Positions 40,452-55,496 of a DNA stretch of 64,000 nucleotides are shown here, piece by piece. The position numbers were made by a program, and so were the translations under genes. Numbering within the stretch: position 1 is the stretch's first letter; the number at the start of each line of letters is the position of its first letter. The notes beneath the pieces were generated by a model. That model searched no databases. It saw only the letters and a program-made list of their open reading frames with translations, and was not told the DNA's origin. The stretch covers positions 2,170,001 to 2,234,000 of the forward strand of contig OZ024742.1 of the NCBI GenBank assembly GCA_964016885.1, given 5' to 3'. Source of the stretch: Eledone cirrhosa (taxonomy: Eukaryota).

Positions 40452-43117
40452 AGAATAAACAAGTATCAAAGTTATGTTTTAAACATTTAATCGCTGACAA
40501 TTGTTTCTTCCAAACTCAGGCTTGAACTCCTCGGAGCATTATCAATGTTTGTAGATATAATTAACCTCCTATTTTACTGAAGAATCATACAGATACATAT
40601 ATATTGATGTTGTGGACAACAGTTTCATGTTTACAGTGTGGAATGGATGCGACATATATTATATTATACGAGAATTGTACAATAATTCAAATCAAGATTA
40701 AAATTAAAATTAAAATTAAAATTAAATTTAAAATTAAATAATACAGATAATAATTAAATTAGAGAGATAGTACATGCGTTAGTCATATATAAAGGAATGG
40801 AACAAGCAAATGTAACATGCACATATGAGTACTGTATGGCAGGGTATTACATAAAATACAAGCACTTTAAGCGAATATGTTAGTGTATTATGGTGGGTGC
40901 AATGCGAGGATATTTTCTGTATAGTTCAAATTTGTATGTGTGTAGAATATGAAAGTTACAGATTTCACATCAATTACATAAGTTAAGATATATTTGTATT
41001 GAATGTTTGTTATAGTAATGGATTGTAACTTAGTGTTATTTAATCCATATTTATGGATTAGAGTTGTTTATCTGCGGGAATTTTCAACGGTTTAATATCC
41101 CGAAGTGGATATGGAATTAAGGGGAGCTAATGTGTAAGGGGAGATAACTAGCTCATTATAATAATTAAATTCCTTGCTATAATAGACATTATATAGTGCC
41201 TCAATTGAATCCCTTATATAAAAAGTTATATATTTATATTTAATTTTAAATACAGTGTACTCTCTCATAATATATTAAAGGTTTCATTAGATTGTTGTCT
41301 ACCCAATATTATATAGTGCCATAATTGAATTCCTTATGCAAAATGTTATATATTTATATTTAATTTTAAATACAGTCTACTCGCTCATAATATATTAAAG
41401 GTTTCATTAGATTGTTGTCTACACAATATTTAGTAAGATATGGAATAACGTATAGCTGTTTGCATGATAAACTAGATACATCTCTTGAGTAAATAAATTA
41501 ATCCTTTATATACAATGTTATTCATTTATACATCTAATTATAAATGTATATATAATTCATTGTTCCATATTACATTTAAGGTAGATAAATCCCTTATGTT
41601 AATAAATTAATCCTTTATACCCAATGTTATTAATTTATACATTTAATTATAAATGTATATATAATTCATTGTTACATTTAATATTTAAAGTTTATATATA
41701 TTGTATTATATTTCAATCACTATATAATTATAAGTAATATAAAGTAATTATATTAAAAGGTGGTGACTATAAGAATATTTCTAGAGTATAAAGTTATAGA
41801 TAAAAATGATTTGTGTAGAGGAAAGTGTGGATCAAAGAGTGTGATGCAGCGGTGGAAGATAAGTCTTAGAGGTGAAGTGCTAATGGTGGTGATGAGTTCA
41901 AATCTGACATTGTTATATACTAGGTTTAAAGCTTTGGACTGGGTGTCGGAAGCGGTGTTGGCACGATGCAAACACATCGATTTTTTATTTAGGAGGTTAA
42001 GATTCGAAAAGATTATAGTATGGGTCTCTAGGAGACAGAGGTTACAACATTTATTAGATGGTTTATACGATGCAGCCCTACCTACTACTACCCATTGAAG
42101 TGTATATGGTCTATTCCTAGTTTTCAGATAGTGTATGTAGCTAGATAGTGAAGTGGAGTTGGCTAGATTGTGTTTTTTGAAAGAGTGGAGGTGCGAGTTG
42201 TATCTCGTCTTGAAGCAGTTCGAAGTAGAGCCTATATATGTTTTAGAAGAGTTGTTAATGTTGACCGTGCAGGAGTAAATGATGTCCTTGATTAAGCAGT
42301 TGTTACCTAAAGGACAAGTTCTATTTGATCTACAGTTACATTTATTTTGGATGTTATCTTGTCGGTTATTATATTGTGTAGAAGTCTGGTTCCTAGGGAT
42401 AGTATTAGGGCTATGATGGTTGTCGTTCCTAATGTTATTGATTTCATTAGTGTTATTACTATTATTACTATTGCTATTAGGGTTTGTAGTTATTATGTTG
42501 TTCTGAAAGTTTACCTCCTGCTGTGTTTTAATTTGTTGAAAATAAGTATTAATCTTTCTTTTATTAATACTAGCTATATGGTATGCTATGATAGGTGTGG
42601 TAGAGTAAGAGATTTTAATAGTGTTTTTATTTCTAAGATTATGGTACTTGTAGCCAGATGGGAAGTTCTTTTCTAGGATTGAGAAGACAGCCTTAAGTAA
42701 GTTGGTAGAGACGTTTAGATTGAAAGGGGGATTGAAAAATGTATTAGTTCTTCTATTTTTGTTTTTTATATCTATTGAGGTATTTCTGTTTATAATATTT
42801 TGGTGTCTACTTTGGTGCGAGTTAAGTTTGATACTACCCTTCGTATTAGAGTAAGGGTGGCTATTATTCTTATTATTATTTTTCCTCATGGCCATATTGT
42901 GAGAAATAATGCTGTAACTATGTGATTTTATAGGTAGGAATTCAATCCCATTATTATGGCCTGATTTAGCTAATGCCTGATTATAGTATTGTGAATTATT
43001 GATAAATATGGTTTCGTTATAAGATAGATTAGATATTCCTTTAGTGACTGAGTTTAATATGGATTTAGGGTGGTTAGACTTGGTATCTACATAAATTAGT
43101 TTTTCGTTAGGTTTATG
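40452..43117 (-). mobile_element. 5'-truncated Naiad-type PLE (thumb-linker-GIY-YIG plus ~1.3-kb 3' UTR)
   Basis: KPNEKLIYVDTKSNHP, FFNPP, CNCRSNRTCPLGNNC, YIGSTSNCFKTRYNSH, CNLC; 3' end has a GAAACAATTGTC hammerhead-like remnant at ~40495-40506. Confidence 0.85.
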
Positions 43118-43123
43118 TATATG

Positions 43124-43172
<49 letters not shown>

Positions 43173-43180
<8 letters not shown>

Positions 43181-43534
43181 GTGAGGTTTTTTTTTACAAA
43201 ATGAAAAATAACCGAGGTGTCCTACACGAGTGGAAGTATAAAGAAAAAGGGATGAAATCGAAAATGCAACTGAAGTCTTATTTTTTTTAAAAATATATAT
43301 ATTTATTTGGTTCCTTTACCGGTTTCGCAGTTCTTCTGCTTTTCAAAAGGTGAGTTGAGATGGAGGGTCTGTGGTTTTTCTCACATCTGAGATGTGAGAA
43401 AAACCACAGACCCTCCATCTCAACTCACCTTTTGAAAAGCAGAAGAACTGCGAAACCGGTAAAGGAACCAAATAAATATATATATTTTTAAAAAAAATAA
43501 GACTTCAGTTGCATTTTCGATTTCATCCCTTTTT

Positions 43535-43541
<7 letters not shown>
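43173..43541. mobile_element. Family E PLE pLTR head-to-head hairpin
   Basis: Essentially perfect inverted repeat 43237-43541 centred at 43389; left arm 64 bp longer; (TA)n flanks. Confidence 0.85.
43428..43465 (+). ncRNA. Minimal hammerhead with U3-A8 core (mirror at 43313-43350, minus; third copy at 55411-55448, minus)
   Basis: CCTT-TTGAAAA-GCAG AAGAA CTGC-GAA-ACCGGT-A-AAGG. Confidence 0.75.
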
Positions 43542-43611
<70 letters not shown>

Positions 43612-43959
43612 TATATGTGTGTATCTACATATATATATAGATACATATGTGAATATTATATATATATATATGTATATGTGTCTATATAAATATGTATATG
43701 TGTCTATATATATAGACACATATACATATACACATATATATATATATAGACACATATACATATATATATATATATATATATACATATATATGTATATGTG
43801 TCTCTATATATATATGTATATGTATATATGTCTATATATATATATATATATATAATGGGTAAATAGATGCCTTACTGTAACCCACTAAAACATATAGTGT
43901 AGACAGTGTTAAACTTCTCTATACACGATTAAGTTACTGTAGTTAAAGTATGACTCCCC

Positions 43960-46278
<2,319 letters not shown>

Positions 46279-46308
46279 CATATATATATATCTATATACA
46301 CACACACA

Positions 46309-46418
<110 letters not shown>

Positions 46419-46448
46419 TACACACATACACATACATATATATATATA

Positions 46449-46519
<71 letters not shown>

Positions 46520-46826
46520 GCACGCACACATATATATATCTTTGGATTTTAGTCTTCAAATTTATTATTATTACTATATATATATATTATATGACTGGAA
46601 ATAATATATTCAGTACTTTAACGCACCTTTTAATGAATACTTTATTTGCTATTTTTTCTTTTGAATAGAAAATAGCAGCCATCAATGGCTTATTAGTAGT
46701 AGTATTAGAAGTAGTAGGAGGAGGAAGAGTAGTAGCAGTAGTAGCAGTCGTAGTAGTAGTAGTAGTCCTGGGTATAGAAAAAATAGGTGATTGACACGAT
46801 TCGATTGCTTTACATCTTTGGGGTTA

Positions 46827-46888
46827 AACAACAACTATAGCAACAGCAGCAGCAGCAGCAGCATCAACAGCAGCAGTAACAGCAGCAT

Positions 46889-46920
<32 letters not shown>

Positions 46921-46979
46921 ACAACAGCGGCAGCAGCAGCAACAGCAGCAGCAACAATAGCAGCAGCAACATCAGCAGC

Positions 46980-47028
<49 letters not shown>

Positions 47029-47213
47029 TCAGCAGCAGCAGCAACAACAACAACAACAACAACAACAAAAGCAACAACAACAACAGCAGCAACAACAAAA
47101 GCAACAACAACAACAACAACAGCAGCAGCAGCAACAGCACTAGCAACAACAACAACAACAACAACAGAGGCAGAAACACCACTAGCAACTACAACAACAA
47201 TAACGACAACTTC
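46827..47213. repeat. (CAG/CAA)n compound trinucleotide repeat
   Basis: Direct. Confidence 0.95.
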
Positions 47214-47415
47214 GTTATATAATGTGTTCCTGTGTTCCTATTTTCTTCTGACACGCTTTCCATATTTCTAATGTAGGACACTGATTAGGATTTTCAAATA
47301 ATTAAGATAATTATTAAAAATTTGAAAGGATTTGTCAAAATAACTAACTTTCCCGTTGTTTATCTAGTGTTTGGAACATAACTTAACAAAAGATTTTCAA
47401 AAGTTGTGATGGAAG

Positions 47416-47447
<32 letters not shown>

Positions 47448-47453
<6 letters not shown>

Positions 47454-47769
47454 AAACAAAAAAACAAGATGGCGTAGGACAGAACAAAGGAGCGGCACAA
47501 AACAAAGAAAAGAATCCTCAGTCACTGAAGAGGTCACAGAATGTGTGACGAAAGAACTTTGACAATATATGACAACCGTCCGGTTATGGAACCAACCAAC
47601 CAACCGGAAATTTATAAATTCTTAAATTTATAAATTTAATTTATAATAAATTGGAGTGAAAGCACTGGTGCGTGTGTTTCTTATTGGCAAAATGACCCTC
47701 CCAAAGCATAACAATATCGGTTTCAACACACGTTTTCAGATAAAGAATCTTGCTAAACAAATTCAGAAA

Positions 47770-47772
<3 letters not shown>
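47448..47772 (+). mobile_element. Solo pLTR related to the 36733-39810 PLE
   Basis: Shares AAnATGGCGTAG, the hammerhead and the ORF start MTLPKHNNI (vs MTLPKYNNI); (TA)n flanks. Confidence 0.75.
47521..47563 (+). ncRNA. Type-I hammerhead ribozyme
   Basis: GTCA-CTGAAGA-G-GTCACA GAATG TGTGAC-GAA-AGAACT-T-TGAC. Confidence 0.75.
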
Positions 47773-47825
<53 letters not shown>

Positions 47826-47831
<6 letters not shown>

Positions 47832-48165
47832 TACAATAACAGAGATAGCTTTAAGCTAAACTCCGACTGGTAACCATCTCACTCAACAAACATTAGGTTA
47901 TATGTTAGTATAAACCCAATTTAAGTGTTTGGGGTGCTAACTATATGTATTTTGTGGAAAGCCAGTTGTATTATTTTATGAGATATAAATAAAGTTAAAA
48001 TATATCTCTCTTTCCAAACAATTGTTTCATTATAAGTTTTCTACAAATTGGGAGAATGTTTCCAGTTTATGTAGAAGCCTAACATATATTCATTTAAGAA
48101 TATATTTAGGTGGGCACTTATAAATCTTCAGTGGAAGCTCATTAAACTTTGATATAAGAAAAAAT
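47826..48165 (-). mobile_element. Family H PLE pLTR fragment (may extend to ~48695)
   Basis: Reverse-complement homologue of ~4136-4548. Confidence 0.7.
48012..48136 (-). ncRNA. Type-I hammerhead with ~95-nt branched stem II
   Basis: TTCCA-CTGAAGA-TTTATAAGT...ACTTATAAT-GAA-ACAATTGT-T-TGGAA. Confidence 0.75.
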
Positions 48166-49109
48166 TCTTACCGCAGTTAAAAATCGTGTCTGCTAAGCTG
48201 CTCCTTCACGCATCGAATGACCGCCAAATTTGAAATTCCAGCAGTCTTTTGACTGAGGAAGTATCATAGCGTCACGAAGCGGGAAAGGGAGACAACAACG
48301 AACCACGAGCAAAGAAAATAATATACACGTGGGTTAATTAGTTTTTTCAAAAACATTATCAATCCAGCGTGTTAAGAACTCAATTGAAATAAAAAAAATA
48401 AATGTATGCGTGTATTAATTACACACGCATATAGATATTTTCTTAGGCTAAAAACAGAAGTGATACACAAACAACAAGCCGCATCCCATAACTGTAGTAA
48501 ATACGGAGAGTTACGCTTATAAGGGCATTTGGGAATGTAAATCTCTGGCCAAATTAAGAGTGAAATATTTAATACACGCGGGTTAATTAGTTATTTCAAA
48601 ACCATTATCACTACCACGTGTTAAGAACTCAATTAATTAAAAAAAATAAATGTATGCATGTAATTATTTACACACGCATATATATATATTTTCTTATATA
48701 TATTTATATATATATATATATATATATATTTGAAAATAAAAAGAAGCTTGGCATCATAAAAGCAAGTCCAACTTGAGGTTGGTTGCTGTGAAAATGGTCG
48801 AAAGTGAAGTCATGGCGGACTTTAGGTTTTACTGTTTAGTAATGGAGGGAATGGTTGTGTCGATGACATTTTTGAAGGTCACTGTGCAAGGTGTGATGGA
48901 GGGCTGGTGAGTTAGGAAGGTGTCCTCAAAACAGAAATATGATCTGAATACAGCAATAAAATGCAGACTCTAATGTAATGCCTCCGTTCATGTTTCACTC
49001 CTGCTACAACGTATTTAACCACCAAGTTTACAGAAATATAACAGACATATTATATACAAATATGTGTATTATATAAATAGGATTAGATATACAGTTTATC
49101 ATGTCTATA

Positions 49110-49478
49110 AGATGGGAGCAGGGATTTAGACAGGTTTTACGGGTAAAAACTGACCGACTGGAGACCCAGGGGTAGACCCTCAGGCAAGCTGGCTGGATAA
49201 CATACATGAACTCGGCTGGTCTCACTTGGGGATCTAGTGGGTTCAACTGGAGTCGGTTGCTTCTGACAGGAACCGTTGGAAGGAGTGTTTCAGGACTCTG
49301 TCCCCCCCCTCTCAGGAATAAGTGAGCGAAGAAGAAGAAGAAGAAGAAGAAGAAGAAGAAGAAGAAGAAGAAGAAGAAGAAGAAGAAGAAGAAGAAGAAG
49401 AAGAAGAAGAAGAAGAAGAAGAAGAAGAAGAAGAAGAAGAAGAAGAAGAAGAAGAAGAAGAAGAAGAAGAAGAAGAAA
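49110..49478 (+). mobile_element. RTE-clade LINE 3' end with long (GAA)n tail
   Basis: Homologous to 33890-34155. Confidence 0.8.
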
Positions 49479-49812
49479 GAAATATGAGAAGAAGGAAGAG
49501 GAGTAGGAAGGAGACTTACAAACTGACAGAATTTGATAATAATAATAATCCATTTGTAAAAAGAGTTGTGGTTGGTCGGGTAAGTGGGTCACGTGGGTGA
49601 ACGCAGCGTAGCAAATGGTAAACAGAAATATTAAAACTACTGTAAGTAGACTTCGGTTACTGTGTCATGGCCCCAGCCAAGTCACTGTCACTCAACCATA
49701 CATACACACATACATACATACACACATACATACATACATACACACATACATACACACACACATACATACATACACACACACATACATACATCCATACATA
49801 CATACATACATA

Positions 49813-50420
49813 CATGGTGGCTGCCAACTCGTTTTTGAGTACGGCCACTACTTTATATGTAGGAGAACCCCTACCGATGCGCTGAACGAGTGTGAATTTT
49901 TAGTCCAGCCAGCGACTTGAAAACTCTGGTACAAACGCTACACTTGTGACAATTATTGACACATAGTGCTGGGCCCATGGTACCATGTGATGACAAGTAC
50001 AGAGAGATCTCCAGATATAAAGCAATGCCTGTGCCGTGAAGCTTTTATAGTGAGGAAAGGCACTGCACAAAGCCAGTCCCACTCTCTTAACCAAGATGAT
50101 ATTTACCAAAAAGAAGAACAAGTCAACATCATTGGATACCATCAGGGTTGCAGGTGTTATATCAGAGTTTTCCTTCTCCTAGAATTCTGCCTTGACAAAG
50201 GCTAAGGGGTCATCTCTCCCGGTGATTTTGGATGGCCATTGACTCTTAAGAGCTCCTTTGCCCTTTTGACAGGTTTTGTTTTTAGTCCTGCAGGATGTCC
50301 AAAGTCACCCTCCTCACCAAGAAACCTTGGTGGGGTTGCCAGTTTAGTCGCCAACGACTCGACCATGAGACAGGTTGTACTGGGATACATGTTACCAGTA
50401 GCACCAACTAGTGACCTGAC
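49813..50420 (-). mobile_element. Family R RTE-derived non-autonomous element, full length (~610 bp)
   Basis: 5' GTCAGGTCAC leader, RTE-type UTR, C2H2 remnant, (TATG)n tail. Confidence 0.85.
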
Positions 50421-50742
50421 ATACATACATACATACATACATACATACATACATACATACATCCATACATACATACATACATACACACATACATACATCC
50501 ATCCATCCATACATACATACACACATACATACATCCATCCATACATACATACACACATACATACATACATCCATCCATACATACATACACACATACATAC
50601 ATACATCCATCCATCCATCCATACATACATACATACATACATACATCCATACATACATACATACAGCCATCCATACATGCATACACACATCCATACATAC
50701 ATACATACATACATACATACATACATACATACATACATACAT

Positions 50743-51549
50743 AGAAACAACAAAGAATCGCAGAAACATGACTGTGGTGTGGCTGGACAAGTTTATGACA
50801 TCACACCTTGAGGGATATCTCTATGCAATACAGGAACAAGAACTCCCTACCAAATATCTGCTGCACAAAAGGGGAGGGCCATCAGCTGACAATAAATGTA
50901 GGCTATGTAAAACAAAGATCGAGGATGTAAGCCACATTGTTGCCAGCTGCGAAAGAATGTCATCTCGCTACTACCTCTCCATGAGACACGATGGGATAGC
51001 TAGAACCATCTGGAACGCACGTCGGAAAACAAAATTAACAACAAACGAGGAAGAATATATCGAGACAGATGGCACTAAGGAATACTGGTGGAACCTGAAA
51101 ATAAAAACTGCCACCAAATTAAAGCTCAACCGGCCTGATATTGTTGTTTGTGACCACACATTGAAAACGTGTTCTGTTGTGGAGATCAGCTGCCCACTTG
51201 ATGTAAACGTTGTCAGAAAAATACAGCAGAAGGAGGACATCTACGGACCATTGATGAGGAGTTTACAAATCCAGTATCCAAGATACACCTTTAGCTTCAT
51301 ACCCATCATTATTGGAGCTACGGGTTATAAACCAACCCGCTTGGACGAAAGTATGACTGAACTTGGATTTGCGGACAAAGAACGCAGCTCCCTAATTCAT
51401 AGTCTACAAATGGCTGCGATAGCTGGCACTTTCAAAATTTGCAAAACATTCTTGCGATTCAAGGGATGACAATTTCTTTTCTTTTACAACCTTGCCACCA
51501 GGAAGGTGGCCGATCAAAAAATATACTCGAAATTAAGAGAAAGAGATAA
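50743..51549 (+). mobile_element. R4/Dong-type non-LTR element 3' fragment (CCHC knuckle + restriction-like endonuclease)
   Basis: AIQEQ, CRLCKTKIEDVSHIVASC, RHD, RPDIVV..VVEISCP..KIQQKEDIY; flanked by (CATA)n. Confidence 0.85.
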
Positions 51550-51603
51550 CATACACACATACATACATCCCTCCCTCCCTCCCTCCCTCCCTCCATACAT
51601 ACA

Positions 51604-52256
51604 TAATAAACACATTAAAAGAGACAGCAATGTGGAGACATCCATGTACATAATATGAAAGAGTACTGGTGGATTGTTCCAGTAAAAACCCCAATAAAAT
51701 ACAGGCATAACAGACCAGATATTATGATATGGGACAGGGAGAAGAAAGCATGCACAGTATTGGAAATTAGCTGCCCAGCAGATGCCAATATAATATCAAA
51801 GATTAGCGAAAAGGAGAATATCTATGCAGAACTGATGAGAAATCTGCAGATACTCCACCCTGATTACACCTTCAGATTTATGCCTGTGATTATTGGGGCA
51901 CTGGGGTATGTTAGTAACTGCCTCAATACAAATCTTGAGAAGCTGGGCTTCTCAGGAACAGAAAGAACACAACTAGTTAGGAAATTACAAGTACAATCCA
52001 TTAATGGAACAGTAAAAATATGTAAAACATTCCAAACATTTTGCATCTAATAACTGCATATACACATGTGCAATGCAAAGCATATACACATGCACACATA
52101 CAACTCAAAACATACACATCCACACATACAATAACATCCATACATACATATCTACCTAGTTGATGTGTACATTCCAATGAGAGAGTCTTGTGTCTTTGTT
52201 AGAAACCCACTCTCTTTCTATTGGTAACACTTTGTGAAATTATAAAACCAGAAGAA
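51604..52256 (+). mobile_element. R4/Dong-type 3' fragment, second family
   Basis: HNRPDIMIWD..VLEISCP..KISEKENIY..PVIIGALG; ends CCAGAAGAA(CATA)n. Confidence 0.85.
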
Positions 52257-52292
52257 CATACATACATACATACGTACATACATACATACATA

Positions 52293-52325
<33 letters not shown>

Positions 52326-52417
52326 CCATCCATACATATATATATCCATACATACACACATACATGCATACATGGATACATACATACATGCATACATAGA
52401 CACATACATACATACAC

Positions 52418-52560
52418 GGTGGCTGCCAACTCGTTTTCGAGTACGGTCACTACTTTATATCCATGTAGGAGAACCCCTACCGATGCGCTGAACGAGTGTG
52501 ACATTTTAGTCCAGCCAGCGACTTGAAAACTCTGGTACAAACACTACGCCTGTGACAATT
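52418..52560 (-). mobile_element. Family R 3' fragment
   Basis: Matches the 3' 140 bp of family R. Confidence 0.85.
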
Positions 52561-52776
52561 ACAATACCATCTTAGATACACTGTGTTGAAATACAGATCG
52601 TCAGGTCTGGTACATCTTTCAACATAGGTCCCCTTAATCAGGGCTGTTTGGGGGCTAAATGGGTCCAACAACAACAACAACAACGACAATGATGATTTCA
52701 ACATAACTACACACATACATACATACAATACACACGCATAAAATACGCATCCCCACGCACCCCCACACGCACCCCC

Positions 52777-52835
<59 letters not shown>

Positions 52836-53019
52836 AGCATAAAGTTAACTGCTTCAACGTATATTTTTACTATGTCGACGACATATTAATATTAACAGCT
52901 TAACTTAACCGGGCCTTCCATAGATTTCAAGACGAACAAATGTCTTAATCATCAGACACATTACATAGGAAGTACAATGAAGGTATATTTTAGTTTCACG
53001 CTTAATATAGTAGGAAAAG

Positions 53020-53055
53020 TCTTAACGTTTCGGACGCTAGTCCTTTATCAGAAAA
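53020..53055 (-). ncRNA. Minimal hammerhead, family F (core CTGATAA, probably decayed)
   Basis: TTTT-CTGATAA-A-GGAC TAGC GTCC-GAA-ACGT-T-AAGA. Confidence 0.55.
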
Positions 53056-54193
53056 TAGAATGAGAAATTTTAGAAGAAATAGAAAGATAGAGGAGGGTGA
53101 GGAGTAAGTCAAAATCATTTCTCCGAGAAGCCGGTCTGATCATTTCGAGATACACACATGGGAATATATATACATTACTCTGGAATTTTCCATTGTGTTT
53201 TATTTCACGAAGGATGGAATTCTTCAGGTTGACTTGCTCCTGAAAGCAAATATATTGAAGCAGTAGATTTTCTTACAAACTCACTCAGTTATAGAAATCA
53301 CATATCATTTTCATTTAATTTATTTTACTTTCTTCATATCAAATAAGCTTCATTTTTATGCCTCGTTAATTCGTTAGAAAATGTCATAAACAAATGAAGA
53401 AAAAAACCTGGAGAGTTTCTTTGGTATTATTTGCTACCAAACCTTGGTTTTATGTGGGAACGTCTTGTACTTATGTTGAAATCATCATTGTCGTTGTTGT
53501 TGTTGTTGGACCCATTTAGCCCCCAAACAGCCCTGATTAAGGGGACCTATGTTGAAAGATGTACCAGACCTGATGATCTGTATTTCAACACAGTGTATCT
53601 AAGATTGTATTATACTTATGTGACTTTCTATTTCTAAGAAGATAACATTTTAAGTGAGGGGCATTTGGCTACTATATCTTGCAGGCTGATTGTATAGGAA
53701 CTCCTGAAAACTGTTAAGCAACAAGACAACGTCAAAACTTTACAAAGTGGAAAATGCAGCCAAATCTCTTTCAAATCACATCTTTCCATTATATAAAATG
53801 AAGGCCACTTGACCAGTCTAAACATTGGTATGCTAAAAAAGTGTGTGGTCATCGATAACCACATTTAATGATATCCAAATGTGGGGTTTTGGGGCTGACC
53901 ACTGGTTAAACAGCATCAGAAACTAGTAGGGTCACCGTTCTGACATAGCTGGAATAGCCTATACCATGTCAAAGAGGGAGCATGAACTATTTCTTCCAGA
54001 AAAGGAGAGATATAGAGTGTAATAGAGAGAGAGAGGAAGTGAGGAAGAGATACAGAGTAAGAATCGACCCAATTCCTGATATTTTATCGACCTCAAGACT
54101 AAGTTTATCTGCGCAGGATTTGAATTAAGAAAGCGGAAAGACACAAACCGAATGCCGCAAAGTATTCTTTCTGACATTTTAACGACAACTGAC

Positions 54194-54276
<83 letters not shown>

Positions 54277-54443
54277 GATTAGAATTTAGCTTCGAACATA
54301 GCTGTATACACACACACAGACATATGTGTGTGTGTGTATATATACTTAAAAATAAGAAGAAAGCATCAACGGGAGAAAGTCTTCCTTCATCAGTTGTCTG
54401 CTGAGGGTCTTATGGGTTGAAATAATTCAGCTATCTGTTGGAT

Positions 54444-55025
54444 TTGTTAAAATAATTGTTTCTACATTTGGCACAAGGCCAGCAATTACACAGTACATTA
54501 TTGGTACTTTATTTTATCGACCTCGTAAGGATGAAAGGCAAAGTTAACCTCGGCGGGATTTGAACTCAGACCATAAAGGGCCGTAACTCTTTGCTGCAAA
54601 GCATGGCGCCCGACCCTCTACCGACTGCTAATTCACCGTCCTTGTTAAAATAATTGTTTCTACTTTAGGCACAAGGCCAGCAATTATCCCAGTGTATTAC
54701 TGGTACTTTATTTTATCGACCCCGTAAGGATGAAAGGCAAAGTTAACCTCGGCGGGATTTGAACTCAGACCATAAAGGGCCGTAACTCTATGCTGCAAAG
54801 CATGGCGTCCGACCTTGTTAAAATAATTGTTTCTACTTTAGGCACAAGGCCAGCAATTACCCAGTGCATTACTGGTACTTTATTTTATCGACCCCGTAAG
54901 GATGAAAGGCAAAGTCAACCTCGGCGGGATTTGAACTCAGATCATAAAGGGACGTAACTATGCTGGAAAGCATGGCATCCGATCCTCTACCGATACTGCC
55001 AATCCAACGACCTTGTTAAAATAAT
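54444..55025 (-). mobile_element. Tandem trimer of SINE S1
   Basis: Three copies delimited by TTGTTAAAATAAT at 54444, 54642, 54815 and 55013. Confidence 0.9.
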
Positions 55026-55215
55026 GTTCAGTAAAATTAAAGGCCACTCACACCTTACTAAGCCTCTCTGTTAATAGATATTCTAAACAAGACTAAGAGA
55101 GAAAACAAAACTATAACTTTGTGAAGGACATTGAAATTTACTTAAAACCAGATGTTAAGACGACTGAGAAACAGTTTTATAGGAAGAGATTTTTACATTC
55201 ATACACACACACACA

Positions 55216-55484
<269 letters not shown>

Positions 55485-55496
55485 ACATACACAGAT

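Noticed and set aside
50325-50420. Canonical twister or HDV-like ribozyme in the family R leader
   Set aside because: UAA/CATG and CUAA motifs are suggestive, but loop lengths and P1 pairing do not fit either consensus; kept only as an unclassified structure
52915-52958. Minus-strand CTGATGA-TT-AAGAC..GTCTT-GAAA
   Set aside because: Stem II is present but I could not find stems I and III; at most a decayed motif
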